From NCBI RefSeq assembly GCF_001194135.2, contig NC_068982.1, forward strand, positions 74,959,649 through 75,008,697: 49,049 bases of DNA. The letters are read 5' to 3'. Numbering within the stretch: the first letter of the stretch is position 1; each line of letters starts with the position of its first letter. The notes under the pieces were generated by a model, which was given only the letters and a program-made list of their open reading frames with translations, had not been told where the DNA came from and searched no databases. Shown piece by piece: positions 37,858-49,049 of this stretch. This DNA is from Octopus bimaculoides. Taxonomy: Eukaryota. Made by a program: the position numbers and the translations under genes.

Positions 37858-38177
37858 ACCTTTCAAACTTTGGGCCTCATGGAGGCAGTGACAAGTGACC
37901 AAGACCACTGGCAATAATACTGTGCTTGAGAAAACCTGTCAAGCCAAGTGGGATCGTAGTTGTGGCCAATGTCAGTGTTTTGTAACTGGCACACATGCTG
38001 ATGACACATAAATAACACCCACTACACTTTTGGAGTGGGTGGCATTAGAAAGGGCATCCAACTGTAGAAACCATGCCAAATCAGATTGAAACCAGGTGCA
38101 GCTCCCCAGTTTACCAGTTTTCAGTCAAACCATTCAACCCATGTCAGCATGGAAAATGGACATGAAATGATGATGAT
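37858..38177 (+). mobile_element. Older RTE LINE 3' end (ORF2 C-terminus plus UTR)
   Basis: Degenerate (D)LQTLGLMEAVTSDQDHW.. followed by the same UTR and a (GAT)n tail. Confidence 0.75.
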
Positions 38178-40599
38178 ACCATGCACTTTCTCATCCAAAT
38201 GGTTGCCAACATGAGAGTAACAACAGCAGAATAAGATGCATAAACTTAATACCCAATGTCACCTCCATTATCCAACCAATGGGTTAAGGAGGGGAGAGGG
38301 GGCAGTCAAATGAAGTGGTCAGTATTGGGGATCCATAGTGTTTACTGATTAAAGGGGTCAATAAACACCTGAAATGATTTTGAGCAATAAGGGTACTGAA
38401 TTATTAGCAAACTGAATCCAAAAGAACATGGGTAATTTCCAGCCAAATATTGATGCAATAACTAGTATTCACCAAACACTTATTTCACATTAAATATATC
38501 AATATAATTTTACAGAATTTTTATTGTTCTTTATCAATTTCCTTATATTTCTTTAAATATTTTTGATTAAAAATTGGTATTGACACAAAAGAATGAAGGA
38601 ATTATGGTTCTTGAATCAAAGAATTTTTTTATTAGTCAAACTTTTAAATTTATTTTAGAAACTTACATGATAGGTGGGGGAAATAAGTTTTCAATGGTTC
38701 TATGAAGGGGCCAACAATATAAGAAGTTTACTACCACCTGGATAGATATAATACAAACTAAGTTACTTGAACAATATTTTTGTAGCATGATAAACAACCA
38801 AAACCTGTCTGTTCTATGATATCCAACCATTTTACATTATATTTTTCACTCGGGATATACCAACACTGCTAGATATAATGAAAGGGTAGGATGGGAAAAC
38901 AACCCGAGAACCCCTGATTTGGAATGTGTTTGTGTGTGTCCATTATCATTATTATTATTGTTTTAGTGTCCACTTTTCCATACTATATGGCATGTAAAAA
39001 GCACCATCCGAACGTGATCATTGCTAGGCCCACCTTACTGGCTCCTGTGCCAGTGGCACGTAAAAAGCAGCCACTACACTCTTGGAGTGAGAAATTCTGC
39101 CAGACCAAATTGGAGCATGGTGCAGCCGCTGGCTCTCCAGACCTCAGTCAAACCGTCAAACCGATGCCAACATGGAAAACAGACGTTGATCAGTGATGAT
39201 GATGATGGTATGGGTCAGAGAATTCGTTGAGGTAAATATGGTTAATGTTCTTGTTGAACTTTTCCAGTAAAAACATAAGTGGTGGTGGGGAGGGGTTCCA
39301 GAGGACTGACATTCTAGTAAGAAACAACAGAGTTTGTGTTATTAGTATAGGGCAAATTGGGTCACATCATTTTATTTTAGAAACTTACATGATGAGTAGG
39401 AGAAATAGCTACAGGTGATACAATACACTTGTGGTCAGGATCCCTTTGATTCATAAAGGACTATATTAAAGAGCATAGAATCCATCTAAATCATTTTGAA
39501 TCACATCTGACAACCACAAATATATTTTACCTGTATTAAATCATTCACAGCCAAAACAAAATCTATTTACAATATGGCCACCCATCCCATTTATTATTCT
39601 GCTAACAACGCTTTCAAACAATTGTACTACTAAGCATATGAATTACATGGATGATATTTCAACCATTTGTGACTCCAATGTATACTTTATTATGGAACTC
39701 TGTAATATTGGATTTTCTATAATTGTCCTATTATGTTAATTTCTCACCACTGAATTATGTATAAAATGAGATTCTCACGCAACGTGTTTGTCGTTACTTA
39801 TTATAAAAAATGAATGCAATATGGTTGAATATTGATTGTTTGAAGAAATATTATAATTTCCACACTTTAGAAGTTACTATCACCAACAATGTCATTAATA
39901 TGGATCAACTCTCTTCTGTTGAATGAGCCTCAGACTGACCAAAACCTCGTGAGTGGATTTGGTTGACAGACACTGAAAGAAGCCAGTTGTGTGTGTGTGT
40001 GTGTGTATCTCCTACCACTGCTTGACAACCAATGTTGGTGTGTTTAGATCCTTATAACTTAGCAGTTCAGCAAAAGAGATTGATAAAATAAGTACCAAGT
40101 TTAAAACAATGCCAAAGCCGACACTGGAACTTGATGCAGCCTCGAAACCTGTCAAACCTGCAACCCATGCCAGCACGAAAAACACATGTTAAATGATGAT
40201 GATGATGACAATGATCACTTTAAAACAAAGTTTAAATTTTATTTCATACAACACATGATCTCAGGTTAGTTGTTATGAAGAGGGTTAAAGATGCAAGCAT
40301 CTCAAAACAAAATGTTTAAGTTTGCAAACTGTTCAACACTGGAAGCACTAGATTATTTATCACACACAAAAAAGTTTGAAGTTAAGAAATGTCTCTTCAT
40401 CATCATTATTTTACGTCTGTTTTCCATACCAAAGTGAGGGTTGGATGGGTTGCCATGGTCTGGGCCATTTTATAATACCCTGATGCTCATAGACAGTTAC
40501 TAACAGATTGGTGCCCAGAGACTGTTACTAACTGACTGGTGCTCATATATGTCATTTGACTAGAGTTCTACAGTTGGATACTCTCCCTATTACTGACTA

Positions 40600-41030
40600 T
40601 TGTACAGCACAAACTGGGTGTCCTTTTCTCTTGGCACCAACACCAAAGAGGCCAACTAGTTTTTTGTCAAGACAAGACCAAAAGGACTTCACAATCCAAT
40701 GATTTCTCTGCCCATTTACTAACCACTTCACAACATGTACTGCAGATACTTTTTTCCTGGCACCAACACTAAAGAAGTCAACTAGTTTTTGTTGATACAA
40801 GACTAAAAAGACAGCACAGTTTCATGCTTTCTCTCTTCATTTGCCAACCACTTTACAGAGTGGAATTTTTATCATGGCACCAACACTAGAGAAGTTGAAT
40901 AGTCCTCAACAAGACAGGATAACTAAAAAGGACCTCATGATCCTATAGTTTCTCTGCTCGTTTGACAACTTTATAGTGTGTACTGGGTGAACTTTCATGG
41001 TACCAACACTAGAGAGGTCACCTCACTCAC
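40600..41030. repeat. Diverged tandem repeat, 4 units of ~117-126 bp
   Basis: tgg(c/t)accaacac anchors at 40632, 40758, 40875 and 40998. Confidence 0.8.
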
Positions 41031-42537
41031 CAATCACTGTAAAGCCAGTGTGGTCGCGCAGAGCCATTAGTAAATCCCATTAGTTTAACACATACTGTCA
41101 TCTAATTCAGTTTGCAACAGGGAGACATGATGCAGCCTCAAAAACAATTTATCTTACATGGTGTAACAGTCTCAACAACAAACAATTTATCCCAAGACAA
41201 GATATCATCAGCAACTCTTAAACATTACTGTCTTGAGTCTTTGGGCTTTCACAACTGCTTACCCAGTTTCCATGGTTTATAAGAGATCACAACATCTCTC
41301 CCTAAAAAGGACACTAATCCATCTCAAGATTACTCATTCACAGCTGAGTGAACTGGAACAACATGAAATGGAGTGCTTTTGTCAAGGACACAAAGCACAG
41401 CTCAATCCAGGAATTCAAACCATAATCTTTTGATCATGAATCTGTGATACCCTAACCACTAGGCCAAGCACCATCAAAACAGGAGAACTCTAATGAAAAT
41501 CACAAATGTTTGGATATACCATTTTTAAACTCATACACTAATGATGATAACATAATTTTGGAAACAGATTGAGGTGGTGAGGGGAGGACATATCAAATCA
41601 GCACTCTGCTACAAGTGCAATAAACAATCCTAACAGACCTAAAATAACAAGAACTGCCTGCTTATTTGAATAATTATAATGTTCCAACAATAAACAATGG
41701 AGGCGTCTTTCTGTTAGATTTTCAATTGTTAACTCCTGAGTTTTGTTCTGCTCACGAATTACCAACTTTTTGACGTTTCTTCTAAAGGAATTTCATTGTT
41801 GTGTAGTGAATGTAGTATTGGATATTGCATAATTGGTTAATTACATTGTTAATTTACAAACGGTAGATTTATGAGATTACAAATGTCCAATGCACATACA
41901 TGCTCACCATTTGTTATAAATTGGTTGGTTGGTTGGTAACTTCTGAAATAGTTGGATATTGATTTCTTAAAAATTAAGAATTTCAATGTAGACATTACCC
42001 CTATATGTCAATAAGTAAAGTGTTGGGTTGATTCTTCTTTTTCCCTTTCACTCTTATATGTGTGGGTGTCTGTGTGTCTTGGTGTTTGTCCCTCCACTGC
42101 TTGACAATTTGTGTTGGTTTCATTATATTCCCATAACTTGGTGGTTCAGCAAAAGAGAAAGACAGAATAAGAACGAGACTTAAAAGTACTACACCTTTCA
42201 CTGATTGAAACAAGTAATATATCATCATTTAATGTCTACTTTCCTTCCTGACATGGAAAGGACAGTTTGCAAGGGAACTGGCAAACTGAAGTACAGCATC
42301 AAACTTCAATATCATCTTTAGCATGGCTTCAACAGCTGGATGCTCTTCCTAATATCAACTACTTTATAGACTGTAGTGAGTGATTTTTATGTGTCACAGG
42401 AACTAGTGAGGTTGCCATGAATCTTGCGAGACAGAAAAGAATAGAGGAAAAAGAAAGGAAAAAAGTTCCCACTTCTAAGAGGAAGTATTTGGAAGGTGGA
42501 GGTGGGTGGCTTTATACCAGATGCTGAAAAGCTAAAG

Positions 42538-42828
42538 CAGTGGTTCTCAACAGGGGTCCATGCAACAAAATGAACCACAATAGTATTTTAAGGGCCCCTG
42601 ACAAAATTTTTCTTTAGATGTATGTAGAGGTATGTATTGCAAGAAACAGCTAGGTTTCTTTCTCTAGCATTTTACACAGTTCAACCTACACAAGTGTAGA
42701 AAACAAAATAGGAATTTTGAAAGAAGTTTCTATAAAACTAGTTTTTAAACATCAAATAGCTATGGGGTCCACCAGAATTAAATAGGAATCAAAGGGGTCC
42801 ATAGATGAAAAATGGTTGAGAATCCCTG
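42538..42828 (+). mobile_element. hAT-type MITE
   Basis: CAGTGGTTCTCAAC...GGTTGAGAATCCCTG TIRs with TSD agctaaag/ggctaaag (7 of 8 match). Confidence 0.8.
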
Positions 42829-43810
42829 GGCTAAAGTATGATAGCGGGACAAGCACAAGAGATGCTATGGAGGAGGAGATGCATGGCTGAAGGAGAAAGA
42901 GGAAAGTAGTGATGGGATGCTAGAGCAAACTCTCAGGAAGCAAGAAGGTGAGCATAATAGAAGATAGATGCATGTGTGTGTGTGTGTATGTGAGTGTGGC
43001 ATAGCTAATTGGGGGGGGGGGGAACAAGAGGAGTGACTGCTCCCCACAAGCGCATTTTTCAAAATTAGTACCTTTTCAATAATTTCTTTTAACTCTTTGG
43101 TTACCTATATCATTAGCCGTGAGTTTCATGCATAATGATATTGCTACTGAAACATGAAATTAATGAATGTAGAATACAATTACATGTATTATAACTAATG
43201 AAATATTTTCATGTAATATGAGGAATGAGTTAATAATTGTTTGGTATGCATCATGGTGCCTTTTTTTTTTTAATGTGTTCACCCCTACTGAACTATAGAA
43301 CCTGGCTATGTCTCTGATACATACATCATCATTTAACATCCATTTTCCATACTGGCATGGGTTGGACAGTTTGACTGAAAACTGGTAAGCTGGGGGCTGC
43401 ACCAGGTTCCAATCTGATCTGGCATGGTTTCTACAGCTGAATGCCCTTCCTAATACCAACAACTATACACACACACACATACAATCATGATCATCATCTT
43501 ATCCGTGCTTGCCTGGGTCAGGCTGAAATCTTCAAGCACATTTTCAATAGTCAGATGTCCTTCCTGTCATCAACCCTCACATGTTTCCAAGCAAGTTAAT
43601 ATTTCCCCATTGGCCTAACATGTTTTCATGGAGGACTGAAAATGAATGACACCTCATCTATGAGACTGACACTTGTTTAAAACTATCACATGATGTCAAG
43701 GTAAGACAGTACAAACACACACACATATATCAGGCTGCTTTTAGTTTCCATCTAACAGAACCATTCCTGAGGCTTTGGTCCGCTCAAGTATATAGCAGTT
43801 GAAGACACTT

Positions 43811-43990
43811 ATAGCGGTTCACCTATCGCGTCCTCAGCACATCGCGGATTTTTCTGGTTAATTTATATTGCAGACTCCTCAGTATATCGCGGGTTTCTGC
43901 GGCCCATAGGTATTTATATTAAAATTTTGAAATGCCGATTTTCTTAGTAGATTCAGAATCTCCGCAGTCGAAAAGGTGGGTTTCTGTAGA
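43811..43990. mobile_element. Tigger/pogo-like fragment
   Basis: atagcggttcacctatcgcg...atcgcggattttt subterminal motifs typical of Tigger-like elements; termini not resolved. Confidence 0.5.
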
Positions 43991-44050
43991 AAAAGAAAAC
44001 AAAAAAAAAGAAAAACCGAAATGGGGTGTGGTCCATGTTATTTACCTCTG

Positions 44051-44115
<65 letters not shown>

Positions 44116-45142
44116 CTGTTCCATGAGAAGAGGCGTTGAGGTCCACTACCAGCATCCCTTTCTAAGAGAAATGGCGAAGAGTTCACTAAAGAGCTAGCAA
44201 CCTCTTAGTAAAAGCTAATTTGTTACGGCACCAGTCAAAAGAAAGATGAAAATACAGGAGAGTACGGAACAGAACTACAGAAAAGGTGGTGGGAGGAGAA
44301 AGCTGATGTGTAAACTGTTTTATTTTTCTGAAATGCTTCTCTCTTTAAATGTCAAATTTGTGCGATCGCACGGTTTCCATGGAGAAACAATTCGAATCTC
44401 GTGCCTGGTGAGCACGTGCTCATAGGTAATTATATGGTGTGTGTGCAAGCATGTATGAACGTCTGTAGCAGTTTGATTGCCTATGTGTATGTGCGTGCGT
44501 GAGTGTGTATATACGAATATGTATGTCTGCGCGCTTGTGTCTAGCCGCTTGATTATCTCTGAGTTTGTGTATATGCGCGTATGTTAAGTATGTCTGCATG
44601 TTTTGGTGTATGTTAGTGAGTGTGTGTGTTGGATAAATGACGGGAAAATTAAAACACGGCCGGTATGTTTCAAAACAAAAGCTTAAAGCAAAACCATTAT
44701 TAACAACACTATTACTATCAGCAAGCCTTCAACATATTTATTAACACACATAAATAACAGTAATCTATAATTATTACATGATCCGGAAAACCAAAAACTA
44801 TTTCACAATCGATAAATAATTTGTTATATATACGCATTCATATTTAATAGCTTAATAGCTGAAACAGAAAAATGCCAACAGCCAAGAGGTTATGTATACA
44901 ACACAGAATAATAATTATTATTATTGTTGTTGCAGGATAAAGCAAAAACAAGAAAAATTGAAATTTCATCATAATTACCATATCTCCAGCCTTAATCACC
45001 TTTGTATCTATTCGAAGAGGAAGCTAATGCTAAGGTCTTTTTCTAGCTGATAAATTGACACGAGGTAAAAATATAATTGAGGTTACTGGATGAAAAAATA
45101 TTGACATATATTCGTTTCCTACTTTATTGTTAGTGGAGTGGA

Positions 45143-45348
45143 TCAGTAACCAAGAAAGAAACATTATATATATATATTCAGTAACCAAGAAAGAAACATT
45201 ATATATATATATATTCAGTAACCAAGAAAGAAACATTATATATATATATTCAGTAACCAAGAAAGAAACATTATATATATATATTCAGTAACCAAGAAAG
45301 AAACATTTTATATATATATATATATATTCAGTAACCAAGAAAGAAACA
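45143..45348. repeat. Minisatellite, 6 units of TCAGTAACCAAGAAAGAAACAT plus variable (TA)n
   Basis: Units start at 45143, 45178, 45215, 45250, 45285 and 45328; the array runs into a gap. Confidence 0.95.
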
Positions 45349-45358
45349 NNNNNNNNNN

Positions 45359-45425
<67 letters not shown>

Positions 45426-45949
45426 AATAAGAATAATAATAATACAAATAATATGTGAGTATATGCATATATACGTACATGTATGTAGATACCTACATCT
45501 ATATATATATATATATCTTTGGAGAAAACATAAATCCGAAAGAAGCACACTCTAAGATGTAGAACAGTATATTTAACAAAAAACATATTTATATATATAT
45601 ATATATATTTACATACACACATATTTGTATGTGCGTAAAATGTTATATGTATATGTGTGTGTGCATATATAAAATGTATGTATATACATGTGCATATGGG
45701 TGTATTTATGTGTGTATATGCATCTGTATATAAATGTATGTGCACATATGCGAGTATATAAATATATACATACGTGCGTGTGTGTGTGTGTGTGTACGCA
45801 CATGGATAGATTCACAGATATAGCAATTAAAAAAGTACTCCCCCCTCAAAACAAAGACCATGCTCGCTAATTGAGAATTTATTTAGTTCAACAATTAATT
45901 TTGAGACATCAGACTTCGTTACTTCTGTAAATAAGTACCGTATTCTCAC

Positions 45950-46003
45950 CTCCCACCAAAGCCAGAGAACTTTACGAAATCGCAAAGATTTTAGACGAAA
46001 CAT
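45950..46003 (-). CDS. Candidate first coding exon of the NEDD4-like gene (MFRLKSLRFRKVLWLWWE)
   Basis: ATG at 46003, 18 open codons, strong donor GAG|gtgaga, phase 0 compatible with the C2 exon, in a CpG-richer patch. No homology recognised. Confidence 0.4.
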
Positions 46004-46832
46004 GACAATGTTACAAATAGCATAAATATACGTAAAGAAATAATGATTTCAAAGATAAATACCATTTGTTTTCTAAGGTAATTTTTGAATCGGTTAAAAT
46101 GTATGTCAATTTCGAGTATTGAATGATAGAAGGTTTGAAAGGACGGTAAAGGCGTAGGGAAACTGTTTTAAGTAAAACTAGAGAAAAAATGAGTAGAAAT
46201 GGGATATGACTGAAGAAAGGAAGGAAGTAAAGACAGGGTTGCCTGTAGTTATGAGTGAATACGGATAGAAAAGGGATTTTTTTTTAAAGCCAATGAATGG
46301 TGTGTTAGTAATCTATGAAAAGAATTTATGGTTGGTCACTTAGATAGGGTGTGTCGGTGAATGAACTCCTAGGTGTATGTAAATCTGTAGATACATAGGC
46401 TAATCCACCTATGTTGATAGGTACAATGAAAATTTAGTCAAGGTACAAGTGCTCTAAGTTCCGCATTAATTCACTATAAATACTCTCGCAGCAGGTATGA
46501 ATGCATGTGTGTGTATGTATGTGAGTATGCTTGTTGTGTGTGTGCTTTATTATTTTAAAAGCAGAAGTCACAAAAGTGTCTAAAGTTCCGAAAGTTGCGT
46601 GAACGAAACACCCGGTCCTCGAGTCAGTTTGTAATTTCTACCGTTTATAATAAAATATACAGACTCATGTATTGAATTCTGTTTGTTCTACCAAATCTGT
46701 ATACACACAGACACACACTCAAAGATATATATATGATGATAGATATTACCCCTTAGTGGGTTGGATTAACAACCTTTTACATATATACACACACAAATAC
46801 AAGTATATATATATTTATGTGTATGTGTGTAC

Positions 46833-46877
<45 letters not shown>

Positions 46878-47551
46878 CACACACACACACACACACACAG
46901 ATAGACATTGAGGGGAAGACAGACAGAATCAACATCATATCATTATTGCTGGATGCAATTCCTATTGCCAACCACTTTAAAGAATGCACTGGGTGCATTT
47001 TCTCCTGACACCAAAACAAGAGAGGTTGGATACTTCTTAGCAACAGGGCCGACTTAGCAGCAATGTATCCACCCCGTGGCAAATCAATGCACTTGGCACT
47101 ATAGTATTTATTTATAGACAGCAGGCCACAGCACATATAAATTGGAATTGGGCCCCTAGATCTGAGTGGCCCCAGGAAACTAACTGCACAGCGTACCCAT
47201 GCATTAAGACAGCAGCAGCACTGCTCAGCAAGACAAAACAATAAATTCTCTGTCCATTTACCAACCACTTCCTAGTATGTACTGGGTGGATTTTTCCAGG
47301 CACCAACATTAGAGAGCTTGTTTTCCTCAGCAACAACTGTTGGGGAAAAGATGTAGGACTGGGGGGTTCCAGGTAGTACTAGCACAAGAGAGGAGAGGGT
47401 GCTTTGTACAAAGTAAATGTAGAGTACTTAGTAACATTAAAAAGCCATGTAGACCGAGGAGGACGGAAGGAAGAGAATGGGAAAGTGAGAAATGAGTGGT
47501 TGAGAGGATGGGTAAGAGTTGAAGTGTACAGCATATTCAATATGCTAGGGC

Positions 47552-47588
<37 letters not shown>

Positions 47589-48126
47589 NNNNNNNNNNNN
47601 NNNNNNNNNNNNNNNNNNNNNNNNNNNNNNNNNNNNNNNNNNNNNNNNNNNNNNNNNNNNNNNNNNNNNNNNNNNNNNNNNNNNNNNNNNNNNNNNNNNN
47701 NNNNNNNNNNNNNNNNNNNNNNNNNNNNNNNNNNNNNNNNNNNNNNNNNNNNNNNNNNNNNNNNNNNNNNNNNNNNNNNNNNNNNNNNNNNNNNNNNNNN
47801 NNNNNNNNNNNNNNNNNNNNNNNNNNNNNNNNNNNNNNNNNNNNNNNNNNNNNNNNNNNNNNNNNNNNNNNNNNNNNNNNNNNNNNNNNNNNNNNNNNNN
47901 NNNNNNNNNNNNNNNNNNNNNNNNNNNNNNNNNNNNNNNNNNNNNNNNNNNNNNNNNNNNNNNNNNNNNNNNNNNNNNNNNNNNNNNNNNNNNNNNNNNN
48001 NNNNNNNNNNNNNNNNNNNNNNNNNNNNNNNNNNNNNNNNNNNNNNNNNNNNNNNNNNNNNNNNNNNNNNNNNNNNNNNNNNNNNNNNNNNNNNNNNNNN
48101 NNNNNNNNNNNNNNNNNNNNNNNNNN

Positions 48127-48310
48127 TATATGGGAGAATATAGAAATAATAACAACAGACGAGCACAGGTGGTGTAAATAACAAAAGTATATATTAGTAT
48201 GACGCTCGGGAATACGGAAAGTCTTTGACGTTTCGAGCTACGCTCTTCAACAGAAAGAATACGGAGACAAGGAGAAAAACACGGAGAAAAAAAAATTGAA
48301 TAGTGTTCAG
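48127..48310 (-). repeat. Short dispersed repeat with a hammerhead-like TTGAAGAG..CTCGAAACGTC motif
   Basis: Collinear with a more degenerate copy at 14960-15100; both abut microsatellites. Confidence 0.6.
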
Positions 48311-48389
48311 TCAACGGTCAATATAAATATATATATATATATATCTATATATATATATATACAAATATATATGTATGTATAAATATATA

Positions 48390-49049
48390 TCTAAATGTAA
48401 ACTATCACAGGCAATAAAGAAACCTGGTGATATAAGCCTGCAGAATGACCTAAATGCAATATACAAGTGGGCAGAGCAAAATAATATGCAATTCAATGCA
48501 AAAAAATTTCAAGTACTGCGCTACAAGGCCACAAGTGCCCCCCAACTGGCATACACAGGACCTGGAGGTACTGCAATCCCAGAACCACAAACAGTAAGAG
48601 ACCTGGGCATCAACATGTGTCGTGATGCATCATTTCACATGCACATTGTCAAGTTGACAGCAAAGTGCAGACAACTGGCAGGGTGGATACTGAGGACATT
48701 CCAAACAAGGGATCAAAAAGTCATGTTGACTCTATGGAAGACATTTGTTCTGAGCCGCCTAGACTATCACTCTCAGTTGTGGTCACCGCACTGTGTCAAG
48801 CGAACAGCAGAACTCGAGGCAATTCAGCGTCACTATACAAAAAAGATCGCCACAGTCCAACAGATGAACTACAGGGAGTGACTGTAGGCACTAGGTCTCT
48901 ACTCCCTGGAGTGCAGGCGGGAGAGATATGTAATAATATACATATGGAAAATACTGGAAGGACTGGTACCAAACTTTGGCATCAAGTACTACAAGAATGC
49001 CTGCACAGGTCGCCACTGCATGGTACGAAGGGTACCGTCCACTGCATCT
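48390..49049 (+). pseudogene. 5'-truncated CR1/L2-group LINE ORF2 remnant (RT C-terminal region), runs off the window end
   Basis: LQNDLNAIYKWAEQNNMQFNAKKFQVL...VRDLGI...LRTF...LWKTFVLSRLDYHSQLWSP...LEAIQRHYTK..; two in-frame stops near 48880, then LGLYSLECRRERYVIIYIWKIL, typical of CR1-like ORF2. Confidence 0.88.

Noticed and set aside
44362-44378. RFX X-box-like GTTTCCATGGAGAAAC
   Set aside because: Imperfect second half-site, and no evidence of an adjacent transcription start.
45143-45348. CRISPR-like array
   Set aside because: Spacers are only (TA)n, the context is eukaryotic and there are no cas genes.

Overview
AT-rich, repeat-dense animal genomic DNA with eight assembly gaps (10481-11218, 13322-13521, 17696-17778, 23301-23400, 27725-28574, 31573-31872, 45349-45358, 47589-48126). 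The SINE, RTE-LINE and microsatellite content looks like an octopus (coleoid cephalopod) genome; this is inferred from recognising the repeat families. The only confidently identifiable host gene is a NEDD4/NEDD4L-type HECT E3 ligase on the minus strand. One 86-bp exon (33592-33677) encodes SDVPGTTQIIHVKIIAGVNLAKKDIFGA(S), the start of the C2 domain. I could not find the next (DPYV) exon, so 1-33591 is probably one giant intron. Several strong minus-strand donors in CpG-richer patches (45950, 36050, 32648, 18749) suggest alternative first exons. Other contents: many RTE-LINE 3' ends and tRNA-derived SINEs, a CR1-like LINE fragment, a decayed DD36E Tc1 element, a decayed DD37D (maT) element, hAT, piggyBac-type, Tigger-type and 8-bp-TSD MITEs, short repeats with a hammerhead-like motif, minisatellites and several foldback structures. 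Most ORFs in the supplied track are microsatellite, gap or chance ORFs. I see no well-supported novel multi-gene system; the best leads are in the findings.
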